Of a DNA stretch of 64,000 nt, positions 38,601 through 48,078 are shown piece after piece. This DNA is from Planctomycetota bacterium (GTDB lineage: Bacteria > Planctomycetota > SZUA-567 > H5-PLA8): contig BTVV01000003.1 in the NCBI GenBank assembly GCA_045863855.1, forward strand, positions 1 through 64,000. The letters run 5' to 3'. Each line of letters opens with the position of its first letter. Position 1 is the stretch's first letter. The position numbers and the translations under genes are program-made. The notes under the pieces were generated by a model. That model did no database searches, was not told where the DNA came from, and saw only the letters and a program-made list of their open reading frames with translations.

Positions 38601-39761
38601 GGGGCGCGGCGTGTGCGTCCCGCCCGGGCCGTGGATCATCGTCGGTTCGAAGCCCGTGGTCGCGCGAGCCGTCCCAGGCGTGGACCCGGATGCGCTCGGG
38701 CCGCTGGGCGGCGAAATCAGCGTCGGCGTCATGGCGTCGCCGTAGGTGCCCGGCGTCGAGACCCCTTGGCCGCCCTGCGTCGAATAGACCGATCCGCCCG
38801 TGGCCGTTTGAGGCACCTGGGTCCGCTGTGTCATCGGCGTCGGACCGGGCGTCATCTCGCTGGGATCGAGGTCTTTGGCCGCCGGAATCGAGGCTTCGAT
38901 CACCTTCAGGAAATCGAACTCGGAGGGCGGCTCGGGAACGATCTTTTTGGCCTTCTCGACATCCTTGAACAGCTCATCGGCCGTCTGGTAGCGGTCCTCG
39001 CGCTTCTTGGCCATCAGCTTGAGGACGATGCGGCAGGTTTCCTCGTGCAGATTAGCCACGAGCGTTCGCGGATCGGGTACCGCTTCGAACTTATGTTTGT
39101 ACAACACGCCCAGCGCCGTGGGCGCCGTGAACGGCGGCTGTCCCGTCATCACCGCGTAGAAGGTGGCGCCGAGCGAATACAAATCGCTGCGTACGTCGGC
39201 CACGTCGCCGTCGCACTGCTCGGGGCTCATGAACGTCGGCGTGCCCAGGAAGGTTCCGGTGCGCGTGAGATGCGATTGGCTGGAGGACTCGAGCACCAAG
39301 CCGAAGTCCACCAGCTTGAGCGTGCCTTCCTGATTGACGAGCATGTTCTCGGGCTTGATATCGCGGTGGATCAAGCCGTGCTTGTGCGCGCCGCCCAGCC
39401 CCTTGGCCGCCTGTGCGAGGCAGTCGAGCATCACCGATTCGGGCAGCGGCCCGTAGTCGCGTACGATGCCGCCGAGGCTCGCGCCTTCGATCAGCTCCAT
39501 CGCGATGTAGTAAAGCCCTTCGGCTTCACCGGCGTCGTGGACGGCAACGATATTGGGGTGGTTCAAGTTCGCGATGGCGCGCGCTTCCCGCATGAACCGC
39601 GCGACGTATTCGGGCGAACGGGTGAACTCGCTGGGAAGAACCTTCAACGCGATTTTGCGGCCGAGCGTGGTGTGCACGGCGCGATATACGCTGCCCATGC
39701 CGCCGGCGCCGATTTTGCCGACGATCTTACAGTTGGCAATAACTCGTGCACTGCTTTCCAC
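35634..39761 (-). CDS. Hanks-type Ser/Thr protein kinase with TM helix and large TPR-like helical extracytoplasmic region
   Basis: IGAGGMGSVY, ALK, HRDIKPEN, DFG, GTPTFMSPEQ, SDLYSLG; Pro/Thr linker; TM LWIGVAAAALLVVVAGGGFW. Confidence 0.95.
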   Translation of the reverse strand: MESSARVIANCKIVGKIGAGGMGSVYRAVHTTLGRKIALKVLPSEFTRSPEYVARFMREARAIANLNHPNIVAVHDAGEAEGLYYIAMELIEGASLGGIVRDYGPLPESVMLDCLAQAAKGLGGAHKHGLIHRDIKPENMLVNQEGTLKLVDFGLVLESSSQSHLTRTGTFLGTPTFMSPEQCDGDVADVRSDLYSLGATFYAVMTGQPPFTAPTALGVLYKHKFEAVPDPRTLVANLHEETCRIVLKLMAKKREDRYQTADELFKDVEKAKKIVPEPPSEFDFLKVIEASIPAAKDLDPSEMTPGPTPMTQRTQVPQTATGGSVYSTQGGQGVSTPGTYGDAMTPTLISPPSGPSASGSTPGTARATTGFEPTMIHGPGGTHTPRPGPLPGGYTPATPTGPGGPSAKSSFLWIGVAAAALLVVVAGGGFWAYRNSRLNEYVNEANQKMADGRFGEALKTVSNALGDFRDDSSLLKLKDDIRGRWTEEVQGKIDKKEFSDAYAMAKDALQRFSGDESLLKLEQDALKGIETQTQDQVRTLIDAKRYKEAKNLAYQAQRDFAASKLLSELYQHTDGELTRATESGFLVVQEKLDEALEIYKKKEKSDADWQNLISILTQTDSLEQKRLSTKEAAALLSKVKFEKAMLEMEAAAKKQDFEGARDFAERAGQEDYQAAAAHIARWKARIDIERLRTTAKTLAEGRNFETASENLRQAASLALGNDDELRQILLKESARARADGYLDQAAKFKEKGELESALSQIALASSMIPDDEGLKTQLQQAREAVFKGKDYVRLVSDGDSRMRDGKYQDAELYYTEALQKQPDDVPATQKLAAARSRSKMVGAAKQEENKEWEAALKEFQGAQALAKDSNQAELIKELETKIANLGMKLKELADLEKQGLDAETQEDYAKSIEIFKGLSQEHPAKRGEFDAKLGLLNNLLQYKNAIISGDSYLEARKASEARTSYAEALKHRSDEVAQAAVAFRNVLAEVQEHAVRGEKALQELKAFSAVEELERADRKYGEALKKLEESKQKVPAVGQKIREYLDTHLKKSRETNKLETQVKQEETGKNWAGAIKTYESLIELNALGKAGYEPLLANAKVQRQLQIEFEKNQAAFKELMTAARTAYGQGDNGLDTALEKATAARTVFAKDQTNGPPFVQEADGLISQVQSAIHQRKIRLAKAEIWPTVTSAVNNGNYDQAKSAADSAVRKVGANPGELATLALALGNMSKAKQDVDRAKQTIESARTLLRKSIARNYEPELQGTVNAVQGNLAQANQEILASRFVEADRLAQATSNGAKDTARRGLDEVRKKINSKGNELKSTTAQPHHSREIGEVSVDGGMNASDQKIKEIHKQGDQFLQVAREMEGLVSQLR

Positions 39762-40322
39762 CAGCGAGCAACCTTATGTAAGGGTGGCGGATGCGAGGCG
39801 GTCCTGGGCGAATACCCAACCATCCGCCAGACCGGAAAGATCCCCGGCGGTCGCCTATCGCCTTACGCTCCTTATCGTTGGATTTCGTCTCAATGCAATC
39901 CTATTTTCGGAGCCAATCTCTACAGGGTGAGGTATGGCTTTGCCGAGACCCCATGCAGGTGAAGTGAGGATGAAGAAAAATAACACTTGTTCAGCACGCG
40001 TCGAAAGCTAAGAGCGGGTGTTGTCGGCCTTCGAAATCACGTAAATGGTTGTCGGCAAAGGGTACTCATGGCTGTCCAAAATGGAGCAGTCGAACTCCGA
40101 ACATGTGCAAGCGAGGGTCGATTTGACTCTCGAAAAATGAGTAAGCAGGGTCGCCGTGTTTCTGTAAAATGTTTCAAGTAAAGGGATTACAAGCAAAATG
40201 AGGACTCTTTATTATGCGCGAAACCATATTGACTTCCGATGGAAGGTCGTTAGATTCTTTGCATCTTGCTACTCGGCAGTAACTGAATTGGCCGTATGCA
40301 CGGTCCTTGGAGGGGCTGCAAC

Positions 40323-41942
40323 ATGCAGAGCCTGGTTCGTTTGTGGGTCTTGTTCGCGGTGTTGGGCTGTGTAGGCCTGATCGCTGCGGCAGAGGGCGTT
40401 TCCGATAAAGATCTCTCGGATGTGAAGAAGGAGATCGAGTCGCTTCGGGCGCGCTTGGCCAAGAAGAATTCGACACCCACGACGGCGGGTCCGATCGGTC
40501 GTGCGAACGATCTGGTCGACAACAAGTACGGCCCGAACTCGACGGTGACCACTAAGGACGGCAAGCTCACGATGGGCGGGCTGGTCCAGGTGTGGTGGTA
40601 CAACATTCAGAACGATTCGAAGGACTTCCGCGCGGTTCCGCCGGCGCTTGGCGGGCAGACGGGCGAAGTGAGCGATAACGACGGTTATCGCGTTCGCCGC
40701 GCCGAGCTGAAGTTCACCTTGGACATCACTCCTCATATTACGGCGGTGGTGATGATCGACCCGACGGGTCAGGACGAGTTCAACTCGTTCCCAGGCGCGC
40801 CGACGAACCAGGGCATCGTGATCAAAGGCCAGTCGGAATCGGCCTTCATGGGCAGCATGCCGTTCAACAACTTGGTTGGCCCGCGCAATCCGATCTTCGG
40901 CGGGAGCAATTCGAGCTCGAACAGCGACCCGGCCAATCCGCTGGGCGGCGGCACGACGGACGTGACTCGCGTGCGCGTGCAGAACGGTACGGTCGTGGCG
41001 AACCGCCTGCTGCAGGACGCGTACATCAACTACCACCCGCACTTCATGCCTGAGCACGACTTCACGATCGGCCAGTTCAAGCCTCCGATGAGCGAAGAAG
41101 GCTGGCGCAACACGGGGCAGCTCGACTTTGCCGAGCGCGCGATGATCAACCAGTTCCCGAACCAGCGCGACTTGGGCCTGATGGTCCACGGCACGTGGTG
41201 GGAAGGCCGCTTCCAGTACTGGTTGGGCGCGTTCAACGGCGCCGGTTCGTTCCAGAACACGTTCGGCGGCTACCAGAACCGCTCGGATGACAACGATCCG
41301 TTCGATGTGGCTTGGCGCGTGCAGGTTCGCCCGGTTTGGCACAACGAAACTTGGGGCAGCTTGGAATTGGGCGTCAGCCGCCAGGACGGCGTGCACGGCG
41401 AAGCGAAGCGCGGCGGGAACTTCCTCGGCGGGGACCCGCTGGACGGCCTAGGCTTCACCGAGACGCATGCGTTCCGCCAGTGGGCGTGGGCGTGGTACCG
41501 CCCGGGTTCGGTGATGCGCGGCTTCTGGTTGCGCGGTGAGATCGGGCAGATGAAGGACCGCTTGCAGCCGATCTTCCAGAACGATCCCAACAGCTTCGAA
41601 CGCCACGGCTGGTACGCGGCGGTTGGGTACCACCTGGGTCAGAGCATCTGGGCGGACGATCTGGAGAACGGCGGCTGGTTCTGGAAGATGATGAAGGATG
41701 TGGAGTTCGCCTTCCGCTACGAGCAGTTCCAGAACATGATCCTGGAAGACCTTGACAATCCCAGCGTCGAGACGGACCGCTTCAAGAGCGAGGCGATGAC
41801 GGTGGGCTTCAACTACTACTGGAAGGGCCACAACGTCCGCTCGCAGGTCAACTACATTTGGGTCAACGAGCTGGAGAGCGATGCCCGGATTCGCGAGGTT
41901 CACAACAATACGTTCATCGTGACCCACCAGGTTCAGTGGTAA
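40323..41942 (+). CDS. Outer-membrane porin (phosphate-selective OprO/OprP-like beta-barrel)
   Basis: Signal peptide; RVRRAEL, LQDAYINY, IGQFKPP, LDFAER, RDLG, GFNYY; aromatic C-terminus HQVQW. Confidence 0.8.
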   Translation: MQSLVRLWVLFAVLGCVGLIAAAEGVSDKDLSDVKKEIESLRARLAKKNSTPTTAGPIGRANDLVDNKYGPNSTVTTKDGKLTMGGLVQVWWYNIQNDSKDFRAVPPALGGQTGEVSDNDGYRVRRAELKFTLDITPHITAVVMIDPTGQDEFNSFPGAPTNQGIVIKGQSESAFMGSMPFNNLVGPRNPIFGGSNSSSNSDPANPLGGGTTDVTRVRVQNGTVVANRLLQDAYINYHPHFMPEHDFTIGQFKPPMSEEGWRNTGQLDFAERAMINQFPNQRDLGLMVHGTWWEGRFQYWLGAFNGAGSFQNTFGGYQNRSDDNDPFDVAWRVQVRPVWHNETWGSLELGVSRQDGVHGEAKRGGNFLGGDPLDGLGFTETHAFRQWAWAWYRPGSVMRGFWLRGEIGQMKDRLQPIFQNDPNSFERHGWYAAVGYHLGQSIWADDLENGGWFWKMMKDVEFAFRYEQFQNMILEDLDNPSVETDRFKSEAMTVGFNYYWKGHNVRSQVNYIWVNELESDARIREVHNNTFIVTHQVQW

Positions 41943-41964
41943 TGTGAAGCGGCTTCGGCCGCGG

Positions 41965-41998
41965 AAAAGCGCCCTCCGCACGGAGGGCGCTTTTTTTT
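41965..41998 (+). terminator. Rho-independent terminator
   Basis: AAAAGCGCCCTCCG-ca-CGGAGGGCGC followed by T8. Confidence 0.85.
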
Positions 41999-42183
41999 GA
42001 AATGCAGTTGCACACGCGCGTGGGCTAGGTATTCTCCGAAGCCCAGAGAGTGAGCGCGTGAAGAACAAGGCGGTGTGCTCCATCGAGGGAGTGCGCCGAG
42101 GTCTCCGGTGTGGAGATCCAGTCGGGTCTGTGACATTGACCCGCCGAAGGATGAGTCCGTTGGGTGGAGCGATTTAAAGTCCC

Positions 42184-42453
42184 ATGCCTCTGACCGTAGA
42201 AAAACGTCAGGAACTGGTGAAGCAGTACCAGCGCAACGACAAGGACACCGGGAGTTGCGAGGTCCAGGTGGCGCTGCTTACCGAGCAGATCCAGAGCATG
42301 ACCGGACATTTGAAAACGCACCGCTTGGATAATCATTCCCGGCGCGGGTTGGAGGCCATGGTCTCCAAGCGTACCCGCCTTCTTACCTACCTCCGCAATA
42401 CGGATGCGGGGCGTTACAAGGCGCTGATCGAGCGTCTTGGGCTGCGCAAGTAG
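42184..42453 (+). CDS. rpsO: 30S ribosomal protein S15
   Basis: [33 protein letters not shown]; upstream of pnp. Confidence 0.98.
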   Translation: MPLTVEKRQELVKQYQRNDKDTGSCEVQVALLTEQIQSMTGHLKTHRLDNHSRRGLEAMVSKRTRLLTYLRNTDAGRYKALIERLGLRK

Positions 42454-42575
42454 CCCCTTCACCGCTTGTTTTGGTATGAGCAGCAGGATGCCTCGCGGCG
42501 GGTTTGTGCCCGTCGCGCGATGGCGTTGGCTGCATTGCCGGCGGCCGGGCCGCCAGAGCGAAAGGATTGGGATAG

Positions 42576-44780
42576 ATGAATCACGTCGTTGTGGAGCGTG
42601 AGATCGGCGGTCGTACGCTGCGGATCGAAACGGGCAAGTGGGCGAAGCAGGCGGCCGGTTCGGCGGTGGTGACGCTGGGCGAGACGATGGTGCTGGCGGC
42701 GGTGGCCGAGCAGCCGTTACGGGAAGGCATGGACTTCTTTCCGATGACGGTGGATTACCGGGAGCGCGGTTACGCGGCGGGGATGATTTTCGGCGGGCGC
42801 TTCATGAAGCGCGAGAGCCGGCCCAGCGAAAAAGAAATTCTGACGATGCGGCTGATCGACCGGCATATCCGGCCGCTCTGGCCCAACGGTTACGCCAGCG
42901 ACGTGCTGATCCAGTGTCTGGTGCTTTCGGCGGAGCAGGACGTGGATCCGGACGTGGTGGCGATGATCGCGACGAGCGCCTCGCTGGCCGTATCGAACCT
43001 GCCATTCCAGGGTCCGACGGGCGGCGTGCGCATCGGCTGCGTGGACGGCCAGTACGTGGTCAATCCGGGCATCGAAGCGCTGAAGAAGTCGACGATCGAG
43101 CTGGTGGTCGCGGGCACGAAGCATGCGGTGACGATGGTCGAAGCCGGCGCGCAGTGCGTGACGGAAGATCAGATGTTCGGCGCGATCCAGCATGGGCACG
43201 AAGTGATCAAGACGATCGTAGGGGCGATCGAGGAACTGGCCTCCAAGGGCGGGGCGAAGAAGCTCGAGTTCGCCGAGACGCCGTCCGATCCGCTGGTGAA
43301 CGACCTGTGGGGCAAGCACGAAGCCGAGTTCATGACGGCGGGATACACGGAAACGAAGTTCGGCCGGGCCAAGGCGCGCAAGGCGCTGACCGAGAAGATG
43401 GTGGCAACGTACGCGGCGAAGGACGAGACCGAAGAGAAGTCCGGCAAGCCGAGTAAGGGGCGCGTGAAGGAGCTTTGCAGCGCGCTTTGGGAGCGGACGA
43501 TCCGCAAGATGATCACGCTGGACAAGCGCTGCGACGGACGTTCGCGCAAGGGCATCCGCCCGATCTGGTGCGAGGTGCAGTTGCTGCCCCGCGCGCACGG
43601 TTCGGCGCTGTTCACGCGCGGCGAGACGCAGGCGCTGGTGGCGATGACGCTGGGCACGGTGGACGACCAGCAGCTCGTGGAGAGCCTGACGGGCGAGTTC
43701 AACGAACGCTTCCTGTTGCATTACAACTTCCCGAGCTTCTGCGTGGGCGAAGTGAAGATGCCGCGCGGTCCGGGACGGCGCGAGATCGGGCACGGCCGGC
43801 TGGCCAAGCGCGGTCTGGAAGCGATGCTGCCGGACTACGAGAAGTTCCCGTACACGATCCGCTTGGTGAGCGAAATCCTGGAGTCGAACGGGTCGAGCTC
43901 GATGGCGACGGTCTGCGGCGGGACTTTGGCGCTGTACGACGCGGGCGTGCCGATGAAGGCGCCGGTGGCGGGCATCGCGATGGGCCTGGTGGAAGAGGGC
44001 GGGAAGCACTACGTCATCAGCGACATTCTGGGCGACGAAGACCATTACGGCGACATGGACTTCAAAGTGGCCGGCACGAAGGACGGGATCACGGCGCTGC
44101 AGATGGACATCAAGAGCAGCGGGGTTCCGAGCGACGTGATGCGCCAGGCGCTGGATCAGGCGCGCGAAGGGCGCATTCACATCCTCGACCAGATGGCGCA
44201 GACGATGGCGGCTCCGCGCGAGCAGATTTCGGAGCACGCTCCGAAGATCGTGCAGCTCAAGATCGACCAGGAGAAGATCGGCAAGCTGATCGGCCCCGGC
44301 GGCAAGACGATCCGCGGGCTGGAAGAGAAGTACGGCGTGACGATCAACGTGGAAGACACGGGGAACGTGGTGGTGGCGGCTCCGAAGCGCGACAAGGCGG
44401 ACGAGGTCGCGGCGCTGATCGAAGCGATCTGCGGGACTCCGGAAGTGGGCCGCGTGTACCACGGCGAAGTGGTCAACATCAAGGATTTCGGCGTCTTCGT
44501 CGAGATCATGCCGGGCGTGGACGGGATGTGCCACGTTTCGGAACTGGATGTGGCCTACGTCAAGAGCCCCGGCGATGTGGTGAAGGTGGGTGACAAGATC
44601 GACGTGAAGTTGATCTCGATCGACGACCTGGGCCGGATGAAGCTGTCGCGTAAGGCGCTTCTGATCGAGCAAGGCGTACCGGTACCGCCGCGTCCGGAAG
44701 GGGCTGAGGACCGTGGCGGCGGTGGCGGCGGCGGGCGCGATCGGCGACCTCCGCGCCGGCGCGAAGGCAGTCCGGAGTAA
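42576..44780 (+). CDS. pnp: Polyribonucleotide nucleotidyltransferase (PNPase)
   Basis: FFPMTVDYRE, HGSALFTRGETQ, RREIGHG, SNGSSSMA, GDMDFKVAGT, KH and S1 domains. Confidence 0.98.
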   Translation: MNHVVVEREIGGRTLRIETGKWAKQAAGSAVVTLGETMVLAAVAEQPLREGMDFFPMTVDYRERGYAAGMIFGGRFMKRESRPSEKEILTMRLIDRHIRPLWPNGYASDVLIQCLVLSAEQDVDPDVVAMIATSASLAVSNLPFQGPTGGVRIGCVDGQYVVNPGIEALKKSTIELVVAGTKHAVTMVEAGAQCVTEDQMFGAIQHGHEVIKTIVGAIEELASKGGAKKLEFAETPSDPLVNDLWGKHEAEFMTAGYTETKFGRAKARKALTEKMVATYAAKDETEEKSGKPSKGRVKELCSALWERTIRKMITLDKRCDGRSRKGIRPIWCEVQLLPRAHGSALFTRGETQALVAMTLGTVDDQQLVESLTGEFNERFLLHYNFPSFCVGEVKMPRGPGRREIGHGRLAKRGLEAMLPDYEKFPYTIRLVSEILESNGSSSMATVCGGTLALYDAGVPMKAPVAGIAMGLVEEGGKHYVISDILGDEDHYGDMDFKVAGTKDGITALQMDIKSSGVPSDVMRQALDQAREGRIHILDQMAQTMAAPREQISEHAPKIVQLKIDQEKIGKLIGPGGKTIRGLEEKYGVTINVEDTGNVVVAAPKRDKADEVAALIEAICGTPEVGRVYHGEVVNIKDFGVFVEIMPGVDGMCHVSELDVAYVKSPGDVVKVGDKIDVKLISIDDLGRMKLSRKALLIEQGVPVPPRPEGAEDRGGGGGGGRDRRPPRRREGSPE

Positions 44781-44815
44781 GGCTGACCTTTCGTTAGTAA
44801 ACTTAATAAAGTGGG

Positions 44816-44850
44816 ATACGCCCCGTGCATGCACGGGGCGTATTTTTTTT
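44816..44850 (+). terminator. Rho-independent terminator
   Basis: ATACGCCCCGTG-catg-CACGGGGCGTAT followed by a T tract. Confidence 0.85.
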
Positions 44851-44966
44851 ATTGGCCTGGGGACCCTTTTTAGTCCTTGTTTCGAGACTATAATGATACG
44901 TGCACGCACTGACTTTGGGTGCGTTCGGCGGTGTAAAGACAGTAGAGTCACCCCTTGGACGCTTCG

Positions 44967-46631
44967 ATGCTTCCGATTCGCCATCCCCACAGCCTATTCG
45001 TTCTGCTCGCGGCGCTGGCGCCGTTGGTTTGTCCGGGCGCGGCGCGGGGCGGCGAGGTCTCGGCGGATTCTCCGGAGAGCGGCGATTGGCTGCGGGTGGA
45101 GCCGTCGGATTTCACGGTGGTCTGCCGCGAGGACGGCTGGCTGCTTCCGGTCAAGGTGACGACGATCGGGTTCATGACCTCGGGCAGTCTGGCCTGGATG
45201 GTCGAAGAAGGGACGCGGGTGAAGAAGGGCGATACGATCGCGCGGCTGGATACGGCTCAACTGGAAACCACGATCGAGGCGATTCGGGACGAGCTGGCGG
45301 TGGCGGAGCGGGATCTGGCGCAGCAGCAGCAGGCGCGCGAACTGGAGGTGAAGCGCCTGGACGCGGAGTTGCAGGCGGAGCGCGACAAGGCGGCGCTGGC
45401 CGAGATGAAAGAGCGCGAGGCGATCGAGCATCCGACGGAGCTGGAGCGCGAAGAGGCGGCGAATTTGAAGGCGGGGGCCGAGGCGCGGGTGGCGGCGGCG
45501 CGCGCGGACTGGGAAGCGATGCGGCCGCTGATCGAGAAGGGCTACGCGAACCGTTCGGATCTGGAAGCGAAGGAGTTGGCGCTGAAGCTGGCGGAGACGG
45601 AGCTGGAGCGCGCGCAGATGCAGGCGCGTGCGATCCTGGACGGCGCGCGTTCGGAAACACGGCGGCGGGCGGCGCTGGAGCGCTTGCAGGCGGAGACGGC
45701 GCTTAAACTGAAGGATCTGGACCGGCGGTTGGCGCTCGAGAAGCTGGAAGCGAAGATTCAGAGTTTGCGTCACAAGCTGAAGCGGGTGGTGGAGAAGCGC
45801 GACGACCATATCGAACGGCTGGAGCGCTGCACGCGCACGGCGCCGCACGACGGCATCGTGGTGTACCGCGAGATCGGCTGGCGGAGCAAGAAGAAGGTCA
45901 CGCTGGGCGAGCGGGTCAACGAATGGCAGCCCCCGTTCGATCTGCCCAGCTACGACAAGATGAAGGTCCGGACGCAGGTTCCGGAAAGCGTGGTGCGGCA
46001 GCTTAAGGCGCGGCGCGAAGGCCAGGCGGGTTCGAAGGCGCTGGTGCGGATCAAGACGCTGCCGGACGTGGTGTACCACGGGGAAGTGACCTGGATCGAC
46101 GGCTGGGCGCGGGACCGTAACGCCAAGCTTTCGGACGCGGACATCAAGGCGCAGGGTCTGGCGGGGCTGCGCGTCTTCGACCTGGAAGTGGAACTCGAAG
46201 AGAGCGATCCGACGCGGCTGCGCGAGGGATTCAAAGCAAGCGTCGCGTTCCCGATCGAGACGCTTCCGAATACGCTGGCGGTACCGCGGCAGGCGGTTCG
46301 TTACGCGGGGCGGCAGGCGGTGGTCCGGGTGGCGGGGGCTTCGGGGGGCTCGGATCGTCCGGTGACGCTGGGTCCGGAATCGAACGGGCAGGTGGTGATC
46401 CGCGAGGGCTTGAAGGCGGGGGACCGGGTGTGGGTGCCGCCCGCGCCGGTGGAACGCGAAGCGCCCACGGCGGGTCCGGCGAAGGCGACGGCGGCTGGCG
46501 GAGGGGCTCCGGCGGCCGGCGGGGGCAACGGGGACGCGGGGGCGGCGCCGGCGGGGAAGACCGGCGGGGAAGGCAAACGCCGCGGCGGCGGGAAGCGTGC
46601 GGGAGGAGGCGGCCCGCCGGCGGGGCCGTGA
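44967..46631 (+). CDS. Efflux membrane-fusion protein (HlyD/MacA-like) 1
   Basis: Signal peptide; lipoyl halves VEEGTRVKKGD and APHDGIVVY; long coiled coil; LAVPRQAV..GLKAGDRV. Confidence 0.88.
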   Translation: MLPIRHPHSLFVLLAALAPLVCPGAARGGEVSADSPESGDWLRVEPSDFTVVCREDGWLLPVKVTTIGFMTSGSLAWMVEEGTRVKKGDTIARLDTAQLETTIEAIRDELAVAERDLAQQQQARELEVKRLDAELQAERDKAALAEMKEREAIEHPTELEREEAANLKAGAEARVAAARADWEAMRPLIEKGYANRSDLEAKELALKLAETELERAQMQARAILDGARSETRRRAALERLQAETALKLKDLDRRLALEKLEAKIQSLRHKLKRVVEKRDDHIERLERCTRTAPHDGIVVYREIGWRSKKKVTLGERVNEWQPPFDLPSYDKMKVRTQVPESVVRQLKARREGQAGSKALVRIKTLPDVVYHGEVTWIDGWARDRNAKLSDADIKAQGLAGLRVFDLEVELEESDPTRLREGFKASVAFPIETLPNTLAVPRQAVRYAGRQAVVRVAGASGGSDRPVTLGPESNGQVVIREGLKAGDRVWVPPAPVEREAPTAGPAKATAAGGGAPAAGGGNGDAGAAPAGKTGGEGKRRGGGKRAGGGGPPAGP

Positions 46632-46641
46632 GTGGGCGAGG

Positions 46642-48078
46642 GTGGCTTTGAAGCGTATTGCTTGGGCAGCCGGATTGGGGGCCGCGGCGGTGTTGGCCGC
46701 GGGTGTGGCGTTCGGTCTGCGCGGATCTCCGGGGTTTGGCGAAGACCCCCGGGTGGCGCGTGTGGAGTCCCGTGCGTTCGTGCAGTCGATCCGGCGCTCG
46801 GGGATGCTTACGCCTTTCAGCCAGCAGGATATCAACGCTCAAGTTCAAGGCACGCTGCTGGAGATCGTCGCGGACGGCGCGTCGGTGGCCGAAGGCGCTC
46901 AATTGTTCCTGGTGGACCCGAAACCGCACGAGGAGGCGCTGACCGAGCACGAGTCGAAGATGCGTCGCGTGCAGGCGGAGTGGACCAAGGAACGCGAGAC
47001 GCTGGCCAAGGAGCTGCAAAAGGCGCGCAGCGAGCAGGAAGACCGGCGCCTGAAGCTGGACCTCGAGACGCTGCGCCTGAAAGAGATGGAACTGGGGCCG
47101 AGCACGAGCGACGAACTGAACGCGAAGAACCAGCTCGAGAACGCGCGAAACCTGTTCGAGGCGTTGAGCGAAGAGCTGACGATTCTGGAAAGCCTGGCCC
47201 AGGACGGGTTCGTCTCGGAGGCCGAACTGCGGCAGAAGCAGCTCGATACGACCGAGCAGGGGCTGAAGGTGAAGGACGCGGAGATCAAGTACCGCAAGCT
47301 GCACCAGCCTGATCCGATCAAGGTGGGGGAGCAGAAGCTGAAGGTCCAGGAAGCGTCGAAGGCGCGTGAGCGGGCGGCGGAGCGGGTGGAGGTTTTGGAT
47401 CGGAATAAGGCTCAGGCGGAGGAGCGCTTCAAGGCGCGCTGGACGGCCGAAGAGAAGCGGTTGGCGGACCTGAAAGCGAACATCGGCAAGACGAAGCACG
47501 TCGCGCCGACGCCGGGCGTGGCGATGGTGCAGTCGCGCTGGGGGATGCGCTACGGACCGGGGGCGGAGGTGCAGCCGGGACGGGACGTGATCCGTCTGAG
47601 CGATTTGAGGCGGATGAAGGCGGTGCTGACGGTGGACGAAGGGCGGATCGGGCGCGTCACGAAAGGTCAAGCGGCGCGGCTTTATCTGCCGGGTCTTCCG
47701 GACCGCGCGTTCGCGGGGAAGATCGTGCGGGTGGCCGAGAAAGGGCGGGACGAATTCGAGAGCTTGCGCGGCGAGACGCGCGAGTACACGGGGATGGCGG
47801 AGCGGCAGGTCTTCGACGTGGAAGTGGAACTGACGGAGGAATCGGACGCGCTGCGGCCGGGTCTGCGGGTGGAGGTGGAACTGGAACTGGGCCGCCTGGA
47901 AAAGGCGCTGGTGGTTCCGCGCGCGGCGCTGGTGCGCGAAAAGGACGCGGTGTACGTGCGGCTGGTGACGAGCGCGGGATCGGAGCGGCGGAACGTGACG
48001 GTGGTGGGGGAGGACCGGCTGTACGTGGCGGTGGAGGGCGTGGAGGAGGGGGCGCGCGTATGGCTGGTGACGCCCTGA
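46642..48078 (+). CDS. Efflux membrane-fusion protein 2
   Basis: GTLLEIVADGASVAEG, APTPGVA, LRPGLRV, LVVPRAAL..GVEEGARV; start approximate. Confidence 0.88.
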   Translation: MALKRIAWAAGLGAAAVLAAGVAFGLRGSPGFGEDPRVARVESRAFVQSIRRSGMLTPFSQQDINAQVQGTLLEIVADGASVAEGAQLFLVDPKPHEEALTEHESKMRRVQAEWTKERETLAKELQKARSEQEDRRLKLDLETLRLKEMELGPSTSDELNAKNQLENARNLFEALSEELTILESLAQDGFVSEAELRQKQLDTTEQGLKVKDAEIKYRKLHQPDPIKVGEQKLKVQEASKARERAAERVEVLDRNKAQAEERFKARWTAEEKRLADLKANIGKTKHVAPTPGVAMVQSRWGMRYGPGAEVQPGRDVIRLSDLRRMKAVLTVDEGRIGRVTKGQAARLYLPGLPDRAFAGKIVRVAEKGRDEFESLRGETREYTGMAERQVFDVEVELTEESDALRPGLRVEVELELGRLEKALVVPRAALVREKDAVYVRLVTSAGSERRNVTVVGEDRLYVAVEGVEEGARVWLVTP

